From Ahniellaceae bacterium (GTDB lineage: Bacteria; Pseudomonadota; Gammaproteobacteria; Xanthomonadales; Ahniellaceae), in NCBI GenBank assembly GCA_044226395.1, contig JBGAHD010000004.1, positions 577,961-641,960 on the forward strand: a stretch of DNA of 64,000 nt, read 5' to 3'. The notes beneath the pieces are model-generated. The model saw nothing but the letters and a program-made list of their open reading frames with translations. It searched no databases and had not been told where the DNA came from. A program made the position numbers and the translations under genes. Position 1 is the first letter of the stretch; each line of letters begins with the position of its first letter. Below are positions 48,698-58,143 of this stretch, in pieces.

Positions 48698-50533
48698 ATG
48701 CCCCAATCACGTTTGCTCGTCCTCGCCATCGCCCTGTCCCTGGCCGCCTGTGGCGGCGAACCGGCCACCGCGCCCGCGACCGACACCGCCGCCACCGCGC
48801 CAGCGGCCGCGCCGCAAGTCTCGCCCGCCGAGCGCGTGGCGCAACTCAACACGATGTACGCCGAGTACTGGGAAGCCAATCTGCAGCGCGATCCGATGAC
48901 CGCCACGCAGATCGGCGACACGCGCTACAACGATCAGCTGCCGAATTTCCTCTCGCCGGACTACATCAAGGCGGGTCTCGCGTTCAGCCAGACTTATCTC
49001 GATCGCGCCAAGGCCATCGGCGACGCCGGCATCGAAGGTCAGGACAAGTTGTCCTATGACATCTTCGTGCGCGACCGCATGCTCGAGATCGAAGGCGCCA
49101 AGTTCCCGCAGGAACTCGTGCCGATCAATCAGTTCTACAACATCGCCAATTACGTGGCGATCTTCGGTTCGGGCACCAACGCGCAGCCGTTCAAGACGCC
49201 GGCCGACTACGAGAACTGGATCAAGCGCGCCAGCCACGTGCCCGAGCTGTTCGATCAAGCCATCGCCAACATGCGCGAAGGCATCGCGCGCGGCGTGGTG
49301 CAGCCGAAGGTGCTGATGGAGAAAGTGCTGCCGCAACTCGATCAGCAGATCACCACCGATCCGACCAAGAGCGTGTTCTGGGGCCCGATCACCAACATGC
49401 CCGCCGAGTTCAGCGATGCCGACAAGCAGCGCCTGACCGAAGCCTACAAGCAGATGATCACCACGAGCCTGGTGCCCGCCTTCACCGAGCTGCGCGCCTT
49501 TATCGCCGATGAGTATCTGCCCAAGTGTCGCGACACCGTGGGCCTGGGCGCCCTGCCCGATGGCGCGGCGTGGTACGCGTTTCAGGTCAAGGTCAACACC
49601 ACGACCGATCTGACGCCTGATCAGATTCATCAGATTGGTCTCGACGAAGTAGCGCGCATCCAGGGCGAGATGCTCAACGTGCTGGCCGAACTCAAGTTCA
49701 AGGGCGAGCTCAAGGATTTCTTCGTCGAGATCAAGAAGAATCCGAAGATGTACTTCAAGAGCGAGGACGAGTTGCTGACCAGCTACCGTCAGCTGCGCGC
49801 CACGGTCGATCCGCTGCTGCCGAAGCTGTTCAACATTCAACCGAAGGCGGATTTCGAAATTCGTCCGGTCGAAGCGTTCCGCGCGGCCTCGTCGTCCTCG
49901 GGTCAGTACCAGGGCCCGGCGCAGGATGGCAGTCGTCCCGGCATCTTCTTCGTCAACACTTTCGATCTGAAGGCGCGGCCGCGCTACGCGATGGAAGCGC
50001 TGTATTTGCATGAAGCGACGCCGGGCCATCACTTCCAGATCGCGCTGCAACGCGAACTGCCGGATCTGCCGAACTTCCGCCGCTTCGGTGGCGAGACCGC
50101 GTTCGCCGAAGGTTGGGGTTTGTATTCCGAATCGCTGGGCAAGGAACTCGGCGTTTACACCGATCCCTACATGTACTTCGGCGCGCTCGAGGCCGAACTG
50201 TGGCGCGCGATTCGTCTGGTGACCGACACCGGCATCCACGCCAAGGGCTGGACGCGCGATCAAGTGCTCGAATACATGTACGCCAATTCGCCCGCCGAAC
50301 CCACGCGCGCGATCTCCGAGGCCGAACGCTTCATGGCCATTCCCGGCCAGGCGCTGGCGTACAAGATCGGTCAGCTGAAGATTCGCGAACTGCGCACGCG
50401 CGCCGAGCAAGCGCTCGGCGACAAGTTCGACGTGCGCGCCTTCCACACCGAAGTGTTGAAGGACGGCTCGCTGCCGCTGGGCGTGCTCGAAGCGAAGATC
50501 GATCGCTGGATCGCGACGCAGAAAGGCGCCTGA
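48698..50533 (+). CDS. DUF885 family lipoprotein (paralog of 8..1831)
   Basis: Lipobox LVLAIALSLAACGG. HEATPGHHFQ motif. ~610 aa. Confidence 0.7.
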   Translation: MPQSRLLVLAIALSLAACGGEPATAPATDTAATAPAAAPQVSPAERVAQLNTMYAEYWEANLQRDPMTATQIGDTRYNDQLPNFLSPDYIKAGLAFSQTYLDRAKAIGDAGIEGQDKLSYDIFVRDRMLEIEGAKFPQELVPINQFYNIANYVAIFGSGTNAQPFKTPADYENWIKRASHVPELFDQAIANMREGIARGVVQPKVLMEKVLPQLDQQITTDPTKSVFWGPITNMPAEFSDADKQRLTEAYKQMITTSLVPAFTELRAFIADEYLPKCRDTVGLGALPDGAAWYAFQVKVNTTTDLTPDQIHQIGLDEVARIQGEMLNVLAELKFKGELKDFFVEIKKNPKMYFKSEDELLTSYRQLRATVDPLLPKLFNIQPKADFEIRPVEAFRAASSSSGQYQGPAQDGSRPGIFFVNTFDLKARPRYAMEALYLHEATPGHHFQIALQRELPDLPNFRRFGGETAFAEGWGLYSESLGKELGVYTDPYMYFGALEAELWRAIRLVTDTGIHAKGWTRDQVLEYMYANSPAEPTRAISEAERFMAIPGQALAYKIGQLKIRELRTRAEQALGDKFDVRAFHTEVLKDGSLPLGVLEAKIDRWIATQKGA

Positions 50534-50554
50534 TTTCGCGAAGCGTTGAACGAG

Positions 50555-50589
50555 GCCCGCGCGAGTGATCGCGCGGGCTTTTTGTTTTG
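50555..50589 (+). terminator. rho-independent terminator
   Basis: GCCCGCGCGAGTGATCGCGCGGGC stem-loop followed by TTTTTGTTTTG. Confidence 0.6.
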
Positions 50590-50813
50590 TGGGCATGCGT
50601 GATCGAGGAATCGAGAGTCATTGGCGAAACACGGCGGGCAAATCGCGAATCGGCGAGCGCGCGGTCCTGCTTCGACATGAAGCGGAAACTTCCGCATATA
50701 CGGACACAGAAGTTGTCCGTTCGCGCGCGCACGTCATCGCGCGCGTCGCTTGACGAATCCCATCGGTCTATCAGAGGCTAGTGGCATGGGGGGGGCTTGC
50801 TGTCGGAGGCCCC

Positions 50814-51839
50814 ATGCGAAATTCGAGATCGCTTTACCCCTGTGCCTTGCTGCTTCTGCTTTCGCTCGTCGACATACGAGCCGTCCTCGCCGCCGAGGAA
50901 ACCTGCGGCCTCGTCGCCGATACCTTCCACGATGGCTTCGAAGCCGGCGGCCTGCCGCCGATCACGCCGCCGAATCCTCAAGCTTCGCTCGCGCTGACGC
51001 TCGATGAAGGCTTCGATGGTCGCATCGTCAACGCCCGACGCCTCGCGCTGAGCGGCACCTTCGACGGCCCGCCCACCACGGGCGTCGGCGCGCGCGATCG
51101 GCCCGCGCGACTCGTCGGCCGTCGCTGGCTCATCCCCGATGTGCCGCTCGATCCTGGACCCAACGCCATCCGCGTCGCCGCGACCACGATCAACGGCGCG
51201 AAGATCGAACGCACGCTCACCATCATCCGCGATGACACGCTGCCGCCCGCGCCTGAGTGGCAAGCCACCGCGGCACCCGGCTTCGCACCCATCGGCGCGC
51301 GCTTCACCCTGAGCTTGCCGGCCGAAGTCAGAGCGCAGCGCCTGCGCATCGACTTCGATGGCGATGGACGGGATGAGGTCGACACGCGGCAAGTGGAAAG
51401 CGTCTTCACCACGCGCTTCGACGTGCCGGGGTTCTATCGCGCGCGGATCATCATCGATCGCGTCGCGGGGCAGGCACCGACGCCAATCACGCTGACTACG
51501 CCGGTGCTGGTCGAACACCTCGACGAAGTCCGCCTGAGCCAATGCGCGGCCTTCGGCGCCATGCGCGGCGCGCTGATCGCGAACGATATCCCTGGCGCGC
51601 TGAAAGCGCTGCACCCGCGCCTGCAAGCCGACTTCACGACGCTGTGGAATTCCCTCGGCACGCGACTGCCCACCGTCGCGACGCAACTGGGCACGCTGGC
51701 CAGCGGCACAGTCTCCAGCGATGGCTTCGCCGAATGGCTGATCCTGCGACCCGACCCCGGACACACCGGCGAGTTCATGGGCTATCGCGTCCAGTTCGAT
51801 CGAGGCAACGACGGCGTGTGGCGCATCGGGAGCATGTGA
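50814..51839 (+). CDS. secreted hypothetical protein
   Basis: GGAGG RBS. Signal peptide MRNSRSLYPCALLLLLSLVDIRAVLA. No recognisable family. Confidence 0.45.
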   Translation: MRNSRSLYPCALLLLLSLVDIRAVLAAEETCGLVADTFHDGFEAGGLPPITPPNPQASLALTLDEGFDGRIVNARRLALSGTFDGPPTTGVGARDRPARLVGRRWLIPDVPLDPGPNAIRVAATTINGAKIERTLTIIRDDTLPPAPEWQATAAPGFAPIGARFTLSLPAEVRAQRLRIDFDGDGRDEVDTRQVESVFTTRFDVPGFYRARIIIDRVAGQAPTPITLTTPVLVEHLDEVRLSQCAAFGAMRGALIANDIPGALKALHPRLQADFTTLWNSLGTRLPTVATQLGTLASGTVSSDGFAEWLILRPDPGHTGEFMGYRVQFDRGNDGVWRIGSM

Positions 51840-51841
51840 GC

Positions 51842-52777
51842 ATGCCGCTTCAGTTGCGCGTGTTCCTCGCGGTCGTCGGAAGCGGCGTGGCGGTGCTGAT
51901 CGTCTACAGCATCGTCACGGGCCCGCTGTTCCATCCGGATCCGTTCGAGGGTCGGGATGTCCTTCAATTCAGCGGAAAGGTTCGCGAGCAAGGCACCGGC
52001 AAGCCCATGCCCGGTGTCTTCGTGGTGGTGAACATTTCGTCGTGGCGAGCGGCGCCGTTTGGTAATGGGGCTTCATCGTGCCTCGATGGCAGCCAAGTGG
52101 TTCGCACGGATTCTCGTGGCGACTATCGCGTCGCGGTCGACTGGTGGCGGCATGGTTGGCCGGTACCAAAGAACGTGGATGTGCAACTGAACATCTATCT
52201 GCCGAGCGAGAAGCGCTTCATGGTGGTTGGTGAGTCTGCCATCTATTCCGCGAGGCGACGACAGTCGTTTGAGTTGAAACCCGACGCTCGGCCGCTCGTT
52301 GATCGCTTGCGCATGCTCGACAACGTGCTCGACTACAACTGCGAAATGACTGCCTTTGGAGAAACGTATCGACCAATGGCTCGCGCAGTTCACGATGAAG
52401 TCTGGCGAGGAGTCTGCGTCAACGACGTGGCGGTGACCTTGGATGAACTGATGCTGGCGAATAAGGTGATGGGCCACGCAGGATTCTATTTCCGCTCGCT
52501 CTACACGCGAGAAGACGATGCCCAGTTCCACGCATCGGAGGACGCATTTCTGGCGATGTTGCCAGAGGCCCGAAGCTGGTCGGAGCCTCGGCTCGACGAT
52601 CCGCCGCATGTGAGCGCGCCTGTCCCCGATGCCGTGCGCCGTTTGCTCTGTGATTCGCTCCGTCCGGAGCTCTTGTTCCCGAAGAGGAGATCGCGTGATG
52701 TCTTGGAAAATACCCATAATCCTCAAGTGCCTGATCGCCCTATTGCTATTGAGCCCCGTAAGCGGCTGGACGTATGA
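51842..52777 (+). CDS. membrane-anchored hypothetical protein with carboxypeptidase-regulatory-like beta-sandwich segment
   Basis: Start immediately after the upstream stop (ATGTGAGCATG). N-terminal TM helix. GKVREQGTGKPMPGVFVVV...TDSRGDYRV resembles the CarboxypepD_reg fold. Tentative. Confidence 0.4.
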   Translation: MPLQLRVFLAVVGSGVAVLIVYSIVTGPLFHPDPFEGRDVLQFSGKVREQGTGKPMPGVFVVVNISSWRAAPFGNGASSCLDGSQVVRTDSRGDYRVAVDWWRHGWPVPKNVDVQLNIYLPSEKRFMVVGESAIYSARRRQSFELKPDARPLVDRLRMLDNVLDYNCEMTAFGETYRPMARAVHDEVWRGVCVNDVAVTLDELMLANKVMGHAGFYFRSLYTREDDAQFHASEDAFLAMLPEARSWSEPRLDDPPHVSAPVPDAVRRLLCDSLRPELLFPKRRSRDVLENTHNPQVPDRPIAIEPRKRLDV

Positions 52778-55259
52778 GGTCGACACGCATGCGCTGATTA
52801 CGGCGAATGCGTACGAGCAGTCGCAAGTCGCGACAGATTCGGAGATCGCGGCCCGTCTTGGTTGGGCACGCTACCCGAAGGAGTCCCCCTTTAATCTGCC
52901 GAATGGACTCGGACACTTGAGGTTCGAGCGCGCGTATTTAGATGTAAGTGCGCCCTACTGGGAGGGAAGGGGCCAAGGCGAAGCATTCATGCGATTTCCC
53001 TTCGATGACTACGAACTTGTTCGATTTCCTGGAGACACGCGAACGGTCGCCAATCGCGCTTCCGAGGTACGCGCCTGGTTCATTCGCGGCGCCATTCGCG
53101 AAGACGATCTGCCTCAGAAGTACTATCAACTGGGCGAGCCCAGACCCGATGCCGATAGGTTTGGAGAAGTTGTCCGTGTCTTTCATCACTTCTACGACCC
53201 CGCCAATGATCGAGGACTTACGCCAACCGGCATCGGAATTCTCGGTTGGATCTGTGAAAGCCTGCCTGACCAGATTCCCTCGGGACACTGCGTGAATGCG
53301 ACGGACTGGGCCATGGGCACGCCCGACGAAACCGTGGCGAACGACGCGCAATCACCTCCCGATCGCGAACGACGCAATCACTTCACCTGGGCCGACGCGC
53401 GAGAGGCGATGTGGTGCGGCTTGATCAGCCGCACGGTGCCTTCCAACCCCGAAGAAGATGCCGTGCGGAGACGCTACTGTTGGGCCACGATGGCGCTGTC
53501 GCTCGGCCATGTCCTGCATCTGCTTCAGGACCTCTCGCAACCACAGCACACTCGCAATGATCGACACAATCCGCCGTTGGGTCAGGTCTGGGATTTCGTC
53601 AAGGCGACTGACATGTCGCGCCGCACTTATGAATCGTATACGAACTGGCTGGCGACCAAAGGGCGAGATGTCGGCGCCACGGGACTGGAAGGCGAGTCAT
53701 ATCGCGAGTACTTCACGGCCAACAGCACGCTCGAAGTACCGCCTACTAGCGGCTATCCCATTCCTCGCTTCACCACGCCGATCGACTACTTCACGACACG
53801 CCGCTTGGATGCCGACATCCGACAGCGCCGCGGGCTCGCGGATTTCAGCAACCGCAACTTTGTTTCCGAGGGAACGCAGTTCTCGAGCTACGATCTTCCT
53901 GGCGGGTCTGACCTTCGCGTCGAACAGTCCCCGCCCCTGCAGATCGGCAGCCGCGTTTTTCGCGAGGAGCGCAAGGTCTGGGATGTCATCGACACCGTGG
54001 CGCCGGGATACCGAGACCCGGTTCTCGCGGCCTACAACGGGCACTTACCCTTGTCGCTCACCAGCTTATGGCGTGACTTCGATGCCCGCATCGGAGAAAG
54101 CAAGGTCGTCATTCCATTGGCCTACTATCGTGCGCATGCTTATGTGCTACTGCCCCGCGCCGTGGCCTACTCCACCGGCCTCATCGACTTTTTCTTCCGC
54201 GGCAAGCTGGAAGTGAGCGACCCGACGCAAGGCCTGGTCGCCGCGATCGATCAAGGCGTGCCGCATCGGATGGTGGACGGTTACCCTCGTCGCTTGGACA
54301 ACAATCAGATCATGGGCTTCACGCGGCTGCGGCTGACGGTACGCAATACGACCGCCGCGATCACGGAGACGGGCACGGGTCGCGTGTTGCCGCAAGGCAT
54401 GGCCAATGGATTGATCATCGCGGTGGCGCGCTATCACCGCAATCCGTGCTATTTGCCAAGCCTTCAAGGGGAATGGGTCAAGCCCGATGGCAATGCGCCC
54501 GCCAGTATTCCCAGCGGAGCGTGCACGCTGGATCAGACACGCACCAACTACGAGGAAGCTTCGATCTCGAAAGCCTTCCTGGTCAACAGCGAGATTCCCA
54601 GCGATCGCCCGCGCTCCTATGCCTTCGACTTCTCGCTGGATCCGATTCCGATCAATGCCACGGATTTGTTCGTGCAGGTCGTCTATCGCGGTCAGCTGGG
54701 CGCGGAGCGCGATGGCATCGCGGTGGGGCGCATGGACTTGCCCGAGCCTTACTACTTCCCATTCCTCAACGGCACGGACTTCGTGTCATGGCACGGAACG
54801 TGGCGAGAGACTGTTCCGGGCGATCGCGACAACACGTCGCCCGAACTCGTGAAAACGCTTCTTCTGGGCTGGAACGAGGATGTCAACTCGCCGCTCACCG
54901 GCGTGATCGCGACCACGCGCGTGCCGCTGCCGCCGAAACGATTTGTCCGCTTTGCCCTGATAGGACGAAGCGGCACCGGCAAGCTGCGAACGGACTTGAC
55001 GACGGAATTCCACGGCAGCCTGACGCTGAACTTACCCAGTCCGATGCGACTGGGCACGATTCGCCAGGCGGAGACCGAGGAGATTGGACCCGACGACTAT
55101 TCGCCAGTCCCCTTGGTTATCGATCGCGGCGTCATTGGCAACATCAACTGGTGGTATTCGAGAAGGGATGGCGATAGACCCGATCGGCCGCGCTCGGAGT
55201 TGCCGACGGTCGACCCAAATGCCATGCCAGAAGTGATCACGATCTCGTCGCCGTATTGA
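52698..55259 (+). CDS. large secreted protein with N-terminal zinc-dependent phospholipase C / P1-nuclease-like domain
   Basis: Signal peptide ends ...SPVSG, with a mature N-terminal Trp (WTYEVDTHALI). HxxxDxxQPxH-type motif HVLHLLQDLSQPQH as in the zinc PLC/S1-P1 superfamily. GAGGAGA RBS. The region is lower in GC (~56%) than its surroundings. Confidence 0.5.
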   Translation: MSWKIPIILKCLIALLLLSPVSGWTYEVDTHALITANAYEQSQVATDSEIAARLGWARYPKESPFNLPNGLGHLRFERAYLDVSAPYWEGRGQGEAFMRFPFDDYELVRFPGDTRTVANRASEVRAWFIRGAIREDDLPQKYYQLGEPRPDADRFGEVVRVFHHFYDPANDRGLTPTGIGILGWICESLPDQIPSGHCVNATDWAMGTPDETVANDAQSPPDRERRNHFTWADAREAMWCGLISRTVPSNPEEDAVRRRYCWATMALSLGHVLHLLQDLSQPQHTRNDRHNPPLGQVWDFVKATDMSRRTYESYTNWLATKGRDVGATGLEGESYREYFTANSTLEVPPTSGYPIPRFTTPIDYFTTRRLDADIRQRRGLADFSNRNFVSEGTQFSSYDLPGGSDLRVEQSPPLQIGSRVFREERKVWDVIDTVAPGYRDPVLAAYNGHLPLSLTSLWRDFDARIGESKVVIPLAYYRAHAYVLLPRAVAYSTGLIDFFFRGKLEVSDPTQGLVAAIDQGVPHRMVDGYPRRLDNNQIMGFTRLRLTVRNTTAAITETGTGRVLPQGMANGLIIAVARYHRNPCYLPSLQGEWVKPDGNAPASIPSGACTLDQTRTNYEEASISKAFLVNSEIPSDRPRSYAFDFSLDPIPINATDLFVQVVYRGQLGAERDGIAVGRMDLPEPYYFPFLNGTDFVSWHGTWRETVPGDRDNTSPELVKTLLLGWNEDVNSPLTGVIATTRVPLPPKRFVRFALIGRSGTGKLRTDLTTEFHGSLTLNLPSPMRLGTIRQAETEEIGPDDYSPVPLVIDRGVIGNINWWYSRRDGDRPDRPRSELPTVDPNAMPEVITISSPY

Positions 55260-55437
55260 CGTATCGGCCTCTCGGAAAAAAGACCCACCCGGAACCACCC
55301 GGGTGGGCTACCCAAAAGTCACACACTCGCCGTATGCCTGTTTCACGCTGCCGGACGGCGCGGCTGGCAGCGATCCATGCCTTCGGTGTCGGCGCGCGCG
55401 GGCGATTATTCGATCGCCTTCGCGCGCGCGCGATGAA

Positions 55438-55974
55438 TCAGTTCTCGCAAGCCTTCACTTCGATCGTGCCGGTGATGCGATCGATGGGCGGCTTGCATTC
55501 GAGTTGCGAGATCTTGGTGCCGGCTTCGGCGCGATCCTGGCAGTACATGCCAGTGGCTTTCATGCCGAACTGATCGAGATAGGTCTTGGCCAGTTGCTCG
55601 GCGGCTTGCTTGTGCTCGGCCGGAATCAGGCCAGCCACGCGATCACGCGCGCGCTTGTAGTCGCCCTTGCCCGACTCGGCCGCGACGACGTACCACGCAT
55701 AGGCCTTCATGCCGTCGGGCTGCGTGCCCTGACCAAACAGATACATGCTGCCCAGCGCGAATTGACTGGACTTGTCGCCCATGCAGGCGTTGCGCTGATA
55801 CAGCGGCAGCGCGGCATCGTAGTCCTCGCGCTCGTAGGCGCGATGACCATCGCGCAGCAACAAGCGATATTCCTGGAATTTCATGCGTTCGAAGCCGGGC
55901 GCCAGCGCGTTGGCGTCGCGCGCCATCAGCGTGGAACCCAACACGATGGCCACGATCCAGGTCACGTACTTCAT
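55438..55974 (-). CDS. Sel1-like repeat (TPR-family) secreted protein
   Basis: Signal peptide MKYVTWIVAIVLGSTLMA. Sel1-type repeats (SQFALGSMYLFGQGTQPDGMKAYAWY). Confidence 0.6.
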   Translation of the reverse strand: MKYVTWIVAIVLGSTLMARDANALAPGFERMKFQEYRLLLRDGHRAYEREDYDAALPLYQRNACMGDKSSQFALGSMYLFGQGTQPDGMKAYAWYVVAAESGKGDYKRARDRVAGLIPAEHKQAAEQLAKTYLDQFGMKATGMYCQDRAEAGTKISQLECKPPIDRITGTIEVKACEN

Positions 55975-56367
55975 CTCTTGCTCTCCCATGTCCCAGTTAG
56001 TTGCCCGTGCGTCGCGCGTGCTTGGTCACGACGCTCGCGCAGGCTAGTGAATGCAACCGCGCCTTCGTGAGTGAAGGAAGTCCGTAGGTCTTCAGTCACG
56101 ATGCTTCCTCACGCTGGGCGCGCGTGTCACGTCTTCTCCTTGGATGCGGCGAAGGTCGATTTGGTTACATCGACGATCACGCGCGTAGTCGGAGCGACGC
56201 GCGCTCGCGAAAGTTCCGAACGGCTCGCGCCACGAGACGCGGTCGGCGCGCGCGAGCGATCGTCGCCGACCTGATTCGATGCGCAAGAAGCGCGAGGAGT
56301 GACTCACCCGATCACACCTGGGCACAATAGCCGCGCTCGCAAGATCACTTTGCCTAGGTAGGAAGTC

Positions 56368-58140
56368 ATGCTTCGTCGATCGATGGCCGTTGCCTTGTTC
56401 ATGTTCGCCGCGATCGCCGCGGCCCGGTCGCCGGACTGGCGCACGCACGCGGAAGCGACGCGCTACGCCGAGACCGCGCGCTACGCGCCGAGCCTCGCCT
56501 GGTTCGAGCGACTCGACGACGCCGCCGAGGACATTCACATCGAAGACTTCGGCCGCACGCCCGAAGGTCGCCGCATGATCACGGTCATCGCCACGACCAA
56601 CGGCGACTTCACGCCCGAACGCGCGCGTGCCGCGGGCAAGGCGGTGGTGCTGATTCAGGCCGGCATTCACGCCGGCGAGATCGAAGGCAAGGACGCGGGC
56701 ATGGCCCTGCTGCGCGATCTCACCGTGGCGCATCGTCATCGCGGCCTGCTCGATCGCGTCGTCATCGTGTTCGTGCCGGTGTTCAATGTCGATGGTCACG
56801 AGAACGCGAGCCCATTCAAGCGCGCCAATCAGAACGGCCCGCGCGAGATGGGCTGGCGCGCCACCGCGCAGCGCATCAACCTCAATCGCGATTACATGAA
56901 GGCCGATGCGCCCGAGATGCGCGCGTGGCTGACGTTGTGGCGGCATTGGCAGCCCGATCTGCTGATCGACTCGCACACCACGGATGGCGCCGACTATCAG
57001 TACGACTTGACGTGGTATCTCGAGGAGTGGGGCAATCAGCATCCGGCGGTGAATGCGTGGCAGCAGCGCCATCTGGTCAACGGCGTGTTCCCGCGCATGG
57101 AGCGCATGGGCCACAAGCTCGCGCCGTATCTCGAGCTCAAGGACGGCGGCGACATCACGCAAGGCTTCGTCAACTTCGGCTCGGGTCCGCGCTTCGCCAC
57201 GGGTTACGCGGCGCTATGGCATCGGCCCTCGCTGCTGATCGAAACGCACATGCTCAAGGACTATCGCACGCGCGTGCGCGCGACCTACGACATGATGCTC
57301 GAAGTGCTGCGCGAACTCGATCGCGATCCCGCGTCGCTGCGCGAAGCCGTCGCCCGCGCGGACGCGGACACCCTCGCGCGCGTGCCCGGCGCCAAGGTGC
57401 CGCTGACCGTCGTCGGCATGGAGACGCCCGAACGCTTCACGCTGCGCGGTGTCGATTTCACGCGCACGCCGAGCGATATCTCCGGCGCGACGTGGACGCG
57501 CTACGACCCGCGTCGCCCGCGCCGTTTCGACGTGCCCTTCTATCGTCAGTTGAAGGTTGATCGTGAAGTCGCTGCACCAGCCGCCTACATCGTGCCCGCC
57601 GGTTGGCCTCGTGCGTTGGAACTGCTGCAAGCGCATGGCCTGCGCGTGGAAACGCTCAAGGCGCCGACGCGCGTCACCGCGCGCGCGTGGCGACTGGCCT
57701 CGCCGCAATGGGCGACCGCGCCGTTCGAGGGTCGTCTGGTGGTGAAGAGCTTCGAGAGCAGCGAACTCACGCGCGATGTCGAACTGCCCGCGGGCAGCGC
57801 CATCGTCGCGCTGGATCAACCGGGCGCCGACGTGGCCGTGCATCTGCTCGAACCCGAAGCGCCGGATTCGATGCTGCGCTGGGGCTTGTTCAATCTGATC
57901 TTCGAACGCCGCGAGTACGGCGAGTCGCGCGTCAACGAACAGATCGCGCGCGATCTGCTCAAGGCGCGACCCGAGTTGCGCGCCGAGTTCGAAGAGAAAC
58001 TGCGCGACCCCGTCTTCGCCGCCGATCCGGCCGCGCGACTAACCTGGTTCTACGACCGCAGCGACTGGGCCGACGCCGATCTCAACGTCTATCCAGTCTG
58101 GCGCGTCGACGCGGACACGCTCGCGCGTCTGCGTCGGTGA
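56368..58140 (+). CDS. M14 family zinc carboxypeptidase
   Basis: Signal peptide. HAGEIEG zinc-binding motif. NVDGHE and NLNRDY motifs of the M14 family. Confidence 0.75.
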   Translation: MLRRSMAVALFMFAAIAAARSPDWRTHAEATRYAETARYAPSLAWFERLDDAAEDIHIEDFGRTPEGRRMITVIATTNGDFTPERARAAGKAVVLIQAGIHAGEIEGKDAGMALLRDLTVAHRHRGLLDRVVIVFVPVFNVDGHENASPFKRANQNGPREMGWRATAQRINLNRDYMKADAPEMRAWLTLWRHWQPDLLIDSHTTDGADYQYDLTWYLEEWGNQHPAVNAWQQRHLVNGVFPRMERMGHKLAPYLELKDGGDITQGFVNFGSGPRFATGYAALWHRPSLLIETHMLKDYRTRVRATYDMMLEVLRELDRDPASLREAVARADADTLARVPGAKVPLTVVGMETPERFTLRGVDFTRTPSDISGATWTRYDPRRPRRFDVPFYRQLKVDREVAAPAAYIVPAGWPRALELLQAHGLRVETLKAPTRVTARAWRLASPQWATAPFEGRLVVKSFESSELTRDVELPAGSAIVALDQPGADVAVHLLEPEAPDSMLRWGLFNLIFERREYGESRVNEQIARDLLKARPELRAEFEEKLRDPVFAADPAARLTWFYDRSDWADADLNVYPVWRVDADTLARLRR

Positions 58141-58143
58141 GGC

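Noticed and set aside
56092-57162. 356-aa minus-strand ORF
   Set aside because: It is antisense to the M14 carboxypeptidase, which has clear zinc-binding motifs.
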